DNA of 64,000 bases, taken from contig JASCQW010000109.1 of the NCBI GenBank assembly GCA_030264375.1, forward strand, positions 56,906,778 to 56,970,777, written 5' to 3'. A model generated the notes under the pieces. That model was not told the origin of the DNA. It was given only the letters and a program-made list of their open reading frames with translations, and ran no database searches. Positions 37,812 to 50,207 of this stretch are shown here, in pieces. A program made the position numbers and the translations under genes. This DNA is from Carcharhinus longimanus (Eukaryota). Positions within the stretch are counted from its first letter, which is position 1; each line of letters opens with the position of its first letter.

Positions 37812-38473
37812 GCTGGGATTCTTCATTGCTGGTGGCATCAGGAACATGTGCAGCTGTGATTTAAAAATCATATTCCCAAGGGTGGCACTGGCTCCCACAA
37901 CCCCTGGAACTGGGTGCAATTTTCAAATGGAGGGTAGGGAGCAGGGGTGAGGGTGGGCAATCCACTACCTCCCAACTAATGGTTCAATAAGCTCCTTTAG
38001 GCGCTTGTTAATGGGCTGTGGAGACCAAGAACCAAATTTTCCAAGTGGAAACCATTAAATCCAAGCAGTTTCTCCACATTTGTTCACAGCTCATGGACTC
38101 AGGCTGGGTAGCAGTGAAACTTCCTTTTGATTTGAAGAATTTTGGGAGCTGCTGTATCTTGCACAGATTGTACGCTTTATTTACCATTTGGCTGTTTAGC
38201 TATTTTAGAGCTTGGTGAGGTTGCTGGCCCTGCAATGTTCTGCCTCCTCTCTTCCCCAAGGCAGTGGCAAGCCCCCTCATGACTGGCATCTGCCTTTACT
38301 GCTCATGATCTACAGGCCGCACTTGCCTCCCAGTTGTGCCCGATGCCACTAATTGAATGCCAAGCTTGACTCTGGCCCCCAATTTACATTTAAGAATAGA
38401 ATTGTGTGAGCAACTCAGGTCCTGAGTGGGTCAGAACTGGAAACTATCCAGGCCGATTTGAACATCATGCCCA
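37812..38473. mobile_element. Probable non-autonomous TIR element
   Basis: Harbinger-like ends gctgggattcttca / tgaacatcatgccc; lies inside the interrupted CR1. Confidence 0.35.
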
Positions 38474-38479
38474 GAGTAT

Positions 38480-39780
38480 TTCTGTCTATACGGGCTTGCA
38501 GATTATTAATTGAAAGTGCATGGAGTGGGAAGTAATTTTTAACACTGATCAGGACGTAGAAGACAGGGAGTAGAGATAAAGGCACCATTGTCTGATTGGC
38601 AGGGTGTATCTATACAAGGGCCTCAACCATGCACGAAATATATTAATGACTTCGCTGAAGGGATTGAGCAAAAACACATTTTGCAGAAAAAGATATATTC
38701 ATTTGTGCAGATGAGGGCAGGAACTTGGAAGCAAATAGACCAAAAAGTGGGAAAATGAATGACAGATGTATCACAATAACATCCAAGTTGGAACTAGGAA
38801 AGACAAACATTATGCAACTGGAGATAATTCAGAGCTGTGAAGGAAGAGAGTGACTTAATTGTTCATGTGCACCATTGAACCATAGAATCCCTACAGCACA
38901 GAGGGTAGTCATTCAACCCCTCAATTCTGCACCAACTCTCTGAAAGAGCATCTTATCCACCTCCCCTGCTCTATCCATGCAACCCCATGCATTTTAGCAT
39001 GGTTAATACACCTAACTGACACATCTTTAGACATTAAGGAGCAAATGAGCATGGGTAATCCACTAAACCTGCACATCTTTGAACTGTGGGAGGAAACCAG
39101 AACACCCAGAGGAATCCCATGCAGGCATGGGGAGAATGTGCAAAATCCACACAGGCAGTCACCAGAATTGAACCTGGGTCCCTAGTGCTGTGAGGCAGCT
39201 GTGCTAACCACTGTGCCACCTTGACGCCCACAGATCACAGCTGCAAAATATATTCAAATCGTGTATTGAAATGATAACCTTTACCTACAAAAGAGCTGGA
39301 TTACATAAGTGAAGAAGTGAAGTTTTAACTGTACAATGCCCTGGTCAAACCAAATGTGGAGAACCACTTTCACTTTTGGATAACAAATCTCAAGAAAGTT
39401 GTATTGACCTGAAGTGGGGCACAGTGATGATTCCCCAAAAGGATTAAATCATGAGATGTAGTTGCATAAACTTGTCCATCCATATTCCTTTGAGTTCAGA
39501 AGGCCGGCCAGTGGGGTGGGGTGGCCTTGTAGGGGTAATTAAGAAGATAAAGGATTGGGAGTGAAATCAGGAGGGGCTTTTTTTCCACTCTGAGGGCTCT
39601 GGGAATCTGGAACTTTCTCCCTCAAAAATGCTGAGCCAATTACATTTTTTCTGACTCAAATTGATGAGTTTTGTTTGGCAAAGGCATTAAGATAGGTAGG
39701 TAAGTGAAGATGGGTTACAGATCAGCTCTGATCTGGCAGAATGTTGGAACAAGCTTGAGGAGCTGAATAACCTTATCAGT
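38480..39780 (+). mobile_element. Decayed CR1 RT and 3' end
   Basis: ctgtacaatgccctggtcaaacc; gggaatctggaactttctccctcaaaa; tail aagcttgaggagctgaataacc. Confidence 0.7.
38878..39222 (-). mobile_element. HE1 V-SINE with CR1 tail, nested in CR1
   Basis: head, body, tail. Confidence 0.85.
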
Positions 39781-39969
39781 GTTACACTGATTTCAGTAGC
39801 ATTAAGATCAGACGTTTTCTATAAACAAGTGAACAATCTGTTCTGTTGAATTAATGTCCATGCTGTGAAGCCAAGATTTACCCACATATTTTGTCTTTGT
39901 GCACCTTGCAATCTGTTGGTTTTCCTCATGTTCCTCTCATTTGACGAATAACTTTCAATAACATGTTAC

Positions 39970-40555
39970 ATTTGATTTGATTTGATTTATTATTGTCACA
40001 TGTATGAGCATACATTGAAAAGTATTGTTCCTTGCACGCTATACAGACAAAGCATATTGTTCATAGAGAAGGAAAGGAGAGAATGTTGAATATAGTGTTA
40101 TAGTCACAGCTAGGGTGAGAGAAAAATCAATTTAGTGCAAGGTAGGTCCATTCAAAAGTCTGACAGCAGCAGGGAAGAAGCTGTTCTTGAGTTGGTTGTT
40201 ACATGGTCTCAGACTTTTGTATATTTTTTCCCAATGGAAGAAGGTGGAAGAGAGAATGTCGAAGTGCGTGGGGTCCTTAATTATGCTGGCTGCTTTGCTG
40301 AGGCAGCGGGAAGTGTAGTCAATGGATGGGAGGTAGGTTTGTTTGATGTATTGGACTACATTCACAATCTTTTTTGATTTCTTGCGGTCTTGGGCAGAGC
40401 AGGAGCCATACCAAGCTGTGATACAACCAGAAAGAACGCTTTCTATAGTGCATCTGTAAAAGTTGGTGAGAACCGTAGCTGACATGCCAAATTTTCTTAG
40501 TCTTCTGAGAAAGAAGAGGCATTGGTAGGTTTTCTTAACTGTAGTGTTGGCATGG
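39970..40555 (-). mobile_element. Rex1/Babar-clade LINE 3' end
   Basis: ORF 40132-40581 LFFLRRLRKFGMS..FYRCTIESVLSGCITAWYG..SFFPAAVRLLN; (CAAAT)n tail. Confidence 0.88.
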
Positions 40556-42715
40556 CGGGGGGAGGGGGGGGAGGAGAACAAGGGCAGGTTGTAACGGGAG
40601 GTGCATCATTAGAGCATACAAATCAGTTTCCTGTTCCATAAGTAGGATTGTGCTGCAATTTTCAGGTACTAATGAGTACAGTGCTATCATTTCTACTTGC
40701 TCATCTTTGGCTTACACGTTGTGGGCATTGGCTCACTCACAAGCAATGATGCTTAAAGCAACATATGCAGACCATTTAAAGACAGGTAAGCTAAACTCAG
40801 AATTATTTTTGATCTCCCCATAACAAAAAAACCCTGATCACTGTCCTTCCGCCAGGATCATTTCCCACCCCCTGACCCTTTTAACTTGCAGGCAGATGAA
40901 ATAAAAACATTAGGTTTCATTACAGGCCACCAGATGAGGAAGAGACATCAGCTTTCACATTCAAGTAAGCGTGAGATCAAATAAATGCTGTTGGGGACTT
41001 CAATTACCAATGTTACAATCCCTATGGGGGAACTGCAAACTAAAATAACCAAACTTAATAAACAAACCTCAAATGAAGATATCGTAAACAACATTTCACT
41101 TCATGTAACTTTTACTTTAACGTGAATTGGAACCAGCACAAATTAAACATGAATTAACAGGCACTTCAAACATACAAGTAAGTTACACTTTAAATTGTCG
41201 ATGCATTACACTTGTCTCTGTTGCAATGATGAACATTTCCCTTCAGTATGTATGACATTACGTAGCTACACAGTTCCACAGCATGCTGTTCTTTATTCAA
41301 GCAGCATAGGTCAGGATCCTGTCTGACAACAGCTTTCACTTCTGAGTTTCAAAGGTATGATTATCATCCACAGGGCAAACTTCTACCAATCCTCTCTTCC
41401 CCAAATCATGATCATCCTGGTGTTGCTTTCCACAATTCCTTTTCAATTGACCAATCAGTAACATCCCATTTCACAGTTTGGGTCAGTCTGAGAAAATACC
41501 CAGCTCTTTAGAACTACTCAACTGTTCATATGGCTGTCCAGATTTTCAACCTTTTTAGTTAACTTGCAGAGTTCCCTCAGGATCTTGTCCCTTTCTGACA
41601 AATAGAAAAACTGACTTCTTCCTGAGAAGATCTTCCTCACAAGAGTTCAGAGTGTTCCTCTCCTGTCTCCGTTTTCTTGTTGCGCCTACATCTATTCACC
41701 CTCCAGCTCTTCTGTTTGTAGCTCTTCTTTATGTCTACAACTCTTCTTTGTGTCTGCCAGATACACGGGTTTCCTTCTTAACTTCCTTCCTGCTAGTACT
41801 GTTTCCAAGTAAATGGTCAACAGATCACAGAGTATTTTTTTTATGATTGATGCAAACTTTTAAAATTCCTTTTCTAAACAATCTTTTCAAGAATGACAAA
41901 TTCTGCAAACCATTTAAAGCGATTACCAATTTTCTTACTGTACTGCATTCAGGACACGCCAGGGATTTTTTTTGGTATCAAGGAAAATAGAAGTGTGAGT
42001 AATACAGCACTATTGCAGGACCCAAATGATTAAGGAAAATCCAAGAGGAAGGGTAATATCAAACCTGCTATTATATAGCATCCAGGCAACGAGCTAAGAA
42101 ATCCGCAGGATCTGTCACTAATGCCTCACTTCCAATTTAATCAGCTATAGTGCCCATTGTAACCATTTATAACAGGGTAGTAATGTCATCTATAGAATAT
42201 AGGGCATAATTTCCCATGGACTCACACTCTCTTATTGGCTTCTCCAGTTACGTTCATTGTCAGCTTTGCTTAACATCATTTCAGTAAAGGAAAAATCTAG
42301 CAGACTGTGATTGAAGTGCCCTTGAAACTTTAATGAAAGAGATGAGAACAGAACAATAGGGCAGTCACACTGCCTTATTAAAACGACTGTTAAATGAAAA
42401 TTAACCTGCCCACTCTCGATGATTCTCGGTATATTTGTTTTCAGTGATTCGGTGCAAGTTGCTGATTCAATGGAGTATTCAGCAGGTATGGACTGTGGTG
42501 TCATCAGCAAAAGAATAACTCCATCACTTCTCATGGCATCCACCAAGTTATTAAGAGCATGACAAGTTTGCCCTGAAGGTAAATTAAATACAAGCTAGCA
42601 AGTTGCTTGATTGAGTGCAAGCACTTCTAGAAAGCTCAACCTGCAATGGCAACGAAGCTATTAAATTCTCCAGAAACATTTGTTGATGGAGATATAAAAC
42701 TAGATTGATTTGGTT

Positions 42716-43470
42716 GGCTGAATTCTCGGCCCATATTTTCCTGCTCGTATAAACCATTATGAAAGAGGTGCAGCATGCAAACTGGTGAGCAAATCTCTTC
42801 ATAAATTCCCGATAAACTGTCTGTTTATTGATGAAAGATAATTTGCTTCCGTATAAGGATTGATACGTAAATGCTGCCACAGGTCCATTAATTACTCACA
42901 TGTCAAAAGTGTTTCTTTGTACTTGTATTGCATAGCAGTTGATGCCTTCCTCAACTGATTAACAACTCAACTGGAGGCATAGAAATTAAAGGCTGCCATC
43001 ACCTTCATGTTCACGGGAAGCGGGCGGCCATTCCTCCTCTGAGGTGCCAGATGTGAAAGCATCTCACAAACATGTTGCACTGTGCTCTTGGACAGGTGCA
43101 GCCAGTGATGGCACATCCCCTCCGAGGGAGCCTCGAAGGAATTGAGGGGCCTGTGCCTCCTTGGCCTCAGCACCCTCTGCCTTCTGAACACCCTCTGGGG
43201 AGCCTGCTCACCCACCTCCTGGTTCTTTGAGGTTCTGGTGGTGGCTGCTCCTGCGGTGGTCTCTCCACGTCTGTCATCTCCTGAGACATCACCACCTCCC
43301 CCTCCGCCGCTGCTGCCACCAACATGGCCAGCTCCAGATCGAGCAAACCGAGATCTATCTGCACAGTGGGGTTTGGAAAGAGCATAGAATGATGGATTAT
43401 TCCCATTGGCTGCATAGACTCAGCACCACTCCAATCCCTCACTTGGGCCAGCATCCCCGCTTGTGGGAGC
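42716..43470 (-). mobile_element. PIF/Harbinger transposase remnant (N-terminal part)
   Basis: ORF 42967-43215 LSKSTVQHVCEML..PLPVNMKVMAAFNFYASS resembles the HARBI1-family N-terminal motif (AL.FY.SG); TIR-like ggctgaattc at 42716. Confidence 0.7.
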
Positions 43471-43481
43471 TGGCAACCCCA

Positions 43482-43669
43482 CACAGTAAGAAGTCTCACA
43501 ACACCAGGTTAAAGTCCAACAGGTTTATTTGAAGCAAACACCACTAGCTTTCGGAACTGCTATTCTCACCAAGGCCATCCCCACACCCCCACTTCTTGCC
43601 TTCAAACAACCACACAACCTCAAACAGACCATTGTCCACAGCAAATTACCCAGCCTTCAGGAGAACAGT
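43482..43669 (+). mobile_element. Penelope-like element: inverted terminal repeat joined to ORF fragment
   Basis: cacagtaagaagtctcacaacaccaggttaaagtcc (as at 53877), then LTKAIPTPPLLAFKQPHNLKQTIVHSKLPSLQE. Confidence 0.75.
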
Positions 43670-43769
43670 NNNNNNNNNNNNNNNNNNNNNNNNNNNNNNN
43701 NNNNNNNNNNNNNNNNNNNNNNNNNNNNNNNNNNNNNNNNNNNNNNNNNNNNNNNNNNNNNNNNNNNNN

Positions 43770-43907
43770 TTGGACTATGGGAGGAAACCCATGCAGACAT
43801 GGGGGGAATATGCAGACTCCACACAGACAGTAACCCAAGCCAGGAATTGAACCCTTGTCCCTGGCGCTGTGAGGCAGCAGTGCTAACCACTGTGCCACTG
43901 TGCCGCC
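43770..43907 (-). mobile_element. HE1-like V-SINE 5' half
   Basis: head and body up to the N gap. Confidence 0.82.
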
Positions 43908-43908
43908 C

Positions 43909-44068
43909 GTATTCTCCTCTACACTTCCTGAAGTCAATGACAATCTCCTTCATTTTGTTGACCTTGAGAGAGAGATTTTTGTCACTGCACCAGTTCACCA
44001 GATTCTCTGTCTCATTCCTGTACACTGCCTCGTCATTGTTTGAGATCCAACCCACTACAGTGGTGTCA
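43909..44068 (-). mobile_element. Rex1/Babar LINE RT fragment
   Basis: GWISNNDEAVYRNETENLVNWCSDKNLSLKVNKMKEIVIDFRK. Confidence 0.8.
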
Positions 44069-44299
44069 GATATTAAGTCAATGCCAATTGATACTGTTTC
44101 TCAACTCAGCCATGACTTCTTTATTCAAGTGGTGTGAGATAATTGACTACTTTGTGTTCAGTCAAATGCATGGTTATGTGTGGGTGATTTTCTTGAGCAG
44201 GCAATGAACACTGAGTGCATTTTCAGACTTGTGAAGTGTACTCGTAGCTAGTTTGCCAATGTGGGAATAGCTGTTGCTCCCACTCCTAACTGACAGCAT

Positions 44300-44485
44300 T
44301 TCATACAATCCCTACAATGCAGAAGAAGGCCATTCAGCCCATCAAGACTGGACTGATTCTCTGGTGGAGCATCTTACTCAAGCCCATCCTTCCTACCTCA
44401 TCCCCGTAACTCTATATATTTACCTCAGTAATCCCTCTAACCTACACAACTTGGGACACTAAGGGGCAATGGCCAATCCATCTCA
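44300..44485 (-). mobile_element. HE1 V-SINE 3' half with CR1 tail
   Basis: ccctacaatgcagaagaaggccattcagcccatc..gggacactaaggggcaat. Confidence 0.75.
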
Positions 44486-44669
44486 CCTTTGCTGCTGAAT
44501 TTTCCAATAAGCCAAAGGCACACATTCATAGTTAAATGAATCATCATTATCTGAGTAACCTCCTCCAGTCCTACAAACCTCCCGGCCTTGTGGATTCACA
44601 ATTTCCTTTACTTTATCAGTGTTTGCCATATGCCTTCACTGTCTCCAAGATATAAAATTACTGGAATAG

Positions 44670-45780
44670 GAGCAGAGTGAAAATGTCACTGGACTAGTAA
44701 TTCAGAGGTTTATATTAATGATCTGGAGATGAGTTCAAATCCTACTAAGCAGATGGAGAATTAAAATTTGGTGAACATAATAAATGTAGAAAAATTATCT
44801 GGGGCATGAATTTAACTGCCCCTTGGGGATGGACTGGCAGATGGAGGGGTCTATAGTGCAGTAAGATAGGTGGTGTCTTGCCCACTGCTTTCCTTGCCAT
44901 CAAGGCTGGAATTTCCTTGCTGTTCACACCTTGCTGCTGCTGCAAGCGAGGACTAAGAATTTGGCGCTCAGTCAATTCTTCAGTCACTGTAGCAGGGTGT
45001 GAGAATCCCGCTGGCATGAACAGTTGCAAAATTCTGGCCCATATCTTGCCTGTGGCAGGGAAGATAGCAGACAACCCCCCTTGTCCAAAGGCCAAGTAAG
45101 AGCCTCTCCCTGCTGGATTTACCAGTGCTGGCAAGTGTTTGGGAAGGGTCATTTGCTGCATTAAACCGTGGCAGATTCCCAGTAGGTTTGGGGGTGAGGT
45201 TGCCAGGTTTGAGGGGCAGAGGGTGGGGACGGTGGGAGTGGTGGACACTCCTGTTTGGACAGTCTTTGGTCCAAAGAGTGAGCCTGCAGTAAAGGGTGTT
45301 GCCTGCCCGCACCAATACCCCAATCCACACCAGGACCTACTAACTGATCCCCTATACCCTTCCTACCTGGTTGGGGGGTGCCAACCTTCCATTGTGCCCT
45401 CTTGTTCCAGGTGTAGTCCCAGCATTGATCATCACACCCAGTCATGATACTGTGACTGCTGACCTGTCAAACCTCTGCATCTCCAGCACCTCTGGACAGC
45501 GCGCAATCATCCTTAATATGCACTGCCGCTTACCTGGGTCCCACAGCTTTTCACTTACAGGCCTGTTTGTGGGACCCCTGCCATGAAGACTAAATCCAGC
45601 CCCTGGTATTACTAATAATGACCATACAAACACCGCAGAGTCATACAGATCCATCTGGTTTACTAATGTCCTTCAGGGGGGAAATCTGCCATCTTTACTT
45701 GTCTGGATTACATATGATTCCAAACTTTGCAATGTGGTTGACAATTAACCATCTTCTGAAGTGACCTGTCAAGTTGCTAA
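44670..45780 (+). mobile_element. SINE family B split by an 801-bp TIR element
   Basis: SINE head 44670-44801 and body 45603-45780. Confidence 0.7.
44802..45602. mobile_element. Harbinger-type non-autonomous element
   Basis: ends gggcatgaattta / taaatccagccc with CTG duplicated on both sides. Confidence 0.7.
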
Positions 45781-46269
45781 ACTGCCAGGACAAATTATAA
45801 TTCAAAATTTCCCTCCTTAAACATTTTGATCACATGTCTTAAGGTTTCCGACTTTGGTTTGCTGTCACTGATTGTCTTATTACACTCCTGAGAAGCACCT
45901 TGGAAAATTTTGTTGTGTTAAAAGGTGATACATAAATGCAAGCTGTTGTTGAACATTATATAGGATAAGAAACAGGCCCCATGAACGTCGCACCTGAATT
46001 CTTTATAAAATGTATGCATTCAACTCCACTGGGAAGACTACATTGTAAAATTCATGTTTTTGCACATGTATATATAAACCCTTTTAAAGAAATGAATGTG
46101 GACCTGCAGAATAGAAATTATTCGCCACTGGATCATATATCTGCTGAACTAAAAGCTGGAAGAAAATTCTCATGCATCTTTCACAGCAATTCGTACAGTT
46201 ACTTCTTCCCCATTTATAGAGGCAGTGAAAACAACCTCACTCCACTGGTGTGAGCCTGAATGCTTGGCT

Positions 46270-46515
46270 CCCCAAACGCACTCTGTCAGGTACTCGACTC
46301 CAATGTCTCTACGAATGACACCAGTAGCGTCTCTGTAGAATACTCAAAGTCAAGTGGGAAGTCAGGCGAACAAACTCCAGCATCCTCACCCAAGCCAATT
46401 CCTCCAACATTGCAAGCATGATCACGCAAAGTGAGCTCCAGTGGTCTGGACACTCCATCCGCATGCCATATAATCAGCTTCTGAAGCAGATACTTTTCAC
46501 AACTTAAGGATGGCA
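46270..46515 (+). mobile_element. RTE-clade LINE fragment
   Basis: translates as WEVRRTNSSILTQANSSNIASMITQSELQWSGHSIRMPYNQLLKQILF, like RTE (LRWAGHV.RM..LPKQ.L). Confidence 0.75.
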
Positions 46516-46534
46516 CTTGATCTCAAGGAGGGCA

Positions 46535-46885
46535 GAGAAAATGTTTTAAGGACACTTTGAAGGCCTCACTTGTGAGAGAGTATAGGAGCAGAGGGTATAA
46601 TTTCAGAGTCAGAGCCACCCATTTAAGACAGAGATGAGATGAGGAGGAATGTATTTTCTCAGAGGATAGTGAATCTGTGGAATTCTTTACTGCAGAGGGC
46701 TGTGGAGGCTGGGCCATTAAGTATGTTCAAGGTTGAGATGGATAGACTTTTAATCAGCTATAGAATCAAGGGTTAAGGCAGGAAACTGGAGTTGAGGATT
46801 ATCACATCAGATCAATCATAATCCCAATGAATGATGGAGCTGATTCAATGGGCCGAATGGCCTACTTCAGCTACTCTGTCTTATG
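46535..46885 (+). mobile_element. CR1 LINE 3' end
   Basis: atttaagacagagatgag..gtgaatctgtggaattc..gggccgaatggcctacttc..cttatg. Confidence 0.85.
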
Positions 46886-46959
46886 GACAAATTGACCTTG
46901 GTGCAAGATAGGAACTTATCACTAACCAAGACATGTGGCAGCACTTCATCCACTCCATG

Positions 46960-47328
46960 GGGAGGCAGTGGTGCCGTCACAGTGTCACTGGACTAGTGAT
47001 CCAGAGACCCAGATCAAGATCAGTGGACCAAAGTTCAAATCCCGCCAAGGCAGATGGTGACATTTAAATTCAATAAGAATCTGGAATTTAAAGTCAAACG
47101 ATGACCATGAAATCATTATCAATCATTGCAAAAACACATCTGATTCACTAATGTCCTTTAGGGAAGGAGATCTGCTGTCCTTACCTGGTCTGGCCTACAT
47201 GTAACTCCAGAGCCACAGCAATGTCTTGAACTCTCAAATATCTTCTGAAATGGAGGGCTGTTAGGGATGGGCAATAAATGCTGACCTAGCCAGCGATGCC
47301 TACATCCCATAAAATGAACTTAAAAAAA
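46960..47328 (+). mobile_element. SINE family B
   Basis: full head, body and tail ending in an A run. Confidence 0.85.
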
Positions 47329-47959
47329 CTGTAACAGTCAGAAACTGACCACATAAACTACACAATGGATAAGTGACAAAAGTGGAGAGAGCGCAGAACC
47401 CTGGCTCGGGAACACTCTTTCCTCAGGGCAATTCTTGCCCTCTCTGACCAAAGACATGAGTCAGGTGAGGGCTGACGTCCTGCTCATTTCAAGGAGCTGA
47501 CAACAATGACAAATGACAGAGAGAGCCTTCTGAGCACAAGAAACTTGCTTCCCAAACTTCCTTCCACACCGGAGCCTGCACATAGTAACATAGTATCCAG
47601 ACTCTCTTCTATAGTACCGCAAGCACAAGCAATGTTCTATACCCTTAGCCTATTGCACTTGCAAAGCATCATTTTCTGAAATAGATACTTAATGAGAAAG
47701 TCGATTAGGAAACTGGAGCAGAAATCATTCATTGGTCCAGATAGATTTTGTTTGCAATAATCAATGATACTGCACAGTCATTTTCATTTTTCGAAAATGA
47801 CGCAAGAATATCTTACGCTAGTCACCCCTCCCCCTTCCCCTACAGCTGTGTCCTACATATGTAGAATTCAGGCTTATCTTTCATCAGTTACACAATGCAA
47901 CATGCTTGATGTCTAATTGTGAGGTCCAATGTGGGATGCACTTTGTTAAAGATTAATCA

Positions 47960-48305
47960 TTGTAGAATCCCCACAATGCAGAAGGAGGTCATTCGGCCCA
48001 TTAAATCTGCACCAAATCTCTGACAGAGTATCTTACCCAGGCCCTCTCTGGCACTCTATCCCATTAACCACACACATTTACCATGGCTAATCCATCTAAC
48101 CTATACATCTTTAGACAGTAACCTTCAATGTAGCATGTCCAATTCACCTAACCTTCACATCTTTGGAGAGTGGGAAGATACAGGAGCACCCAGAGGAAAC
48201 CCAGGCAGACACAAGGAGAATGTGCAAACTCCACACAGACAGTCACCCAAGACTCTGATTACTGGCGTTGTGAGGGAGCAATGCTGATCACTGTGCCACC
48301 GTGCT
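47960..48305 (-). mobile_element. HE1 V-SINE with CR1 tail
   Basis: head, body, tail. Confidence 0.85.
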
Positions 48306-49795
48306 GTCTTGTGTATCCTGAGCCAAGAGCGAGGAAGTAAATAGTGCAGCTTCGTCTTGAAGCATGAAATGACGTACACACACTGACATACGAGAAGATG
48401 AATCAACCAATGCCCGTTTGCTTTGTATCTGCAGTGATACTGGGGCATAGTGGACAGTTTCAATCTCAAGACAGAGCGAGGACACAAATTAGACATGTGG
48501 TTGGTATCTGTGAAGCGCAGCGGGTGGGACACACTTGCCTTGTGTCCTTGAGACAGAATAAGGGAAACAAAGTGCTCACTTGCTCTTTAGCCTCAAGGTT
48601 CTGATATGATCAACCGGGGACTGACATTCGAAATCAGATATTCCCATCACCCTGAGGATGAGCTCAGAGAGAGGTGAGCAAGGCTACCCAACTTGCTCCT
48701 GGGACACACCACTTGTTTGCAGCAATAATACAGTTAATCACTTTGTGGCTACGTTCCCCCAATATTCTCAGTCACGCGATGAAAGAATGTGAGAAAAGAA
48801 GTGAAGAGAAAGGAAAACAGCTGGTAATGCTGCAAAATTAGGAGAGATTATGTGGAAGGTGGGAATTATCTCACAGCATGTTTTGGACTGTTTTTAAAAC
48901 TGCAAAATACACAGCTCCATTATGAATATTTATATCAAGTAATAACCATCACTCATTCTTTGTCTTTGTTCTATTTTTCCAGACGACCTGTCTTTGGTTA
49001 TTTGTGTCAGACTTGTAATGCCTTTTCTGTTGTGTTGAATGGTCTGACAATAACAAAAAATTCTCTGTGGATTTTCCTGCTGTTTTGAAGGACAATATCC
49101 TCACTTACTTCTGCAACAGAGAAATAATGTCTAGCTTTGCTAGCTTTAACCGAAAGAGGATAACCATGATAAAGCAGCTTGAGCCTCATAAAGGAAGAAA
49201 GATTTTTTTTACCCCTATTTCCCTGTTCTTGTTTGGTGCAGGCAATTCTATTGCTGCTGTCACAGAGAAATCTGAGAGTCCTCTTTCAAAGCTAAAACCA
49301 ATCTCCTGTCTCTCTCCCCCAACCTTTACCAACTGAATGAATTCAACTGTCACTAACAGGACTTAATAAACTACGTCTAACCCTCAGCACATTCAGAAAT
49401 CTATCTTAAATGATTACTGGGCTATCAATGAGACAAAGCAACATTAGTTAAGCAAATAAATCACATTTCCCACTTTAGCACCTTTCAGAGGCATCCCATC
49501 TTCGTCTGACCTTTATTAATGTGACATTTGATTAATCTTGTTAGCTTCATTGTACACAATCGTTAACTGGCCCAGTGACAAAAAGCGAGTATTACGGTTG
49601 CAGCTGCTTTTAGGTTGCATCAGTTCTTCAGATGTTCAGTGAGCATTTTGGGATAAAAAGCACACATAAAGTAAATCAATGATTCCGAACTGGATTCAAC
49701 GGACTGACCAGGTAGGATTAGGATACAGATAAACCACGATCCAGCTGACTGGTGGAGCAGCTTCAAGCGGCTGAATGGCCTATTCCTATTTCTAT

Positions 49796-50000
49796 GGGTG
49801 GGATTTTCCGTCTCTCCCGTCCCCCCCTGTGGTGTGTTTTGCCCACCATTGGCCAGTGACAAGATCTCCCAGTCCTGCCGCTGTCAACGGATTTTCCTGC
49901 TGTTTGCACCATCCGCCTCCAGGGAATCTGCTGAGGGAGGGGTTGCACCGTCGGCAGGACTGGAAGATCTGCCATTGACAATGGCTGCAAAACTTTGGCC
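49796..50000. mobile_element. Harbinger-type MITE inserted in a CR1 3' tail
   Basis: ends gggtgggatttt / aaaactttggcc; TAT duplicated at 49793-49795 and 50001-50003. Confidence 0.72.
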
Positions 50001-50039
50001 TATGTTCCTCAAAGAGCAGCTGCTTCCATTCTGAAAAAG

Positions 50040-50200
50040 ATGAGCCAGTTATTTGCTCCTTGTGAAAAAATTGCTGTGCATAAATTGGTAGCGCCCATTG
50101 CTTAGATTATGACAGTGACCACACTTCAAATGTGCTTAACCTGCTGAGGGCCTGATATGAAGTCAGGAAAGACATTATATGAATGCAAGTCTTTATTTCA
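50040..50200 (+). mobile_element. Deu-SINE/L2-type 3' fragment
   Basis: gctgtgcataaattgg..acagtgaccacacttcaaa..tatatgaatgcaagtcttt. Confidence 0.55.
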
Positions 50201-50207
50201 TTCAGGA

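Noticed and set aside
43529-44137. 202-aa ORF
   Set aside because: Chimera of a Penelope fragment, a gap, a SINE and antisense Rex1
44745-45447. Overlapping 100-190 aa ORFs
   Set aside because: Inside a GC-rich non-autonomous TIR element; no recognisable domain
48990-49002. TCTTTGGTTAT match to the miR-9 5' end
   Set aside because: Match ends after 11 nt and no precursor hairpin is apparent
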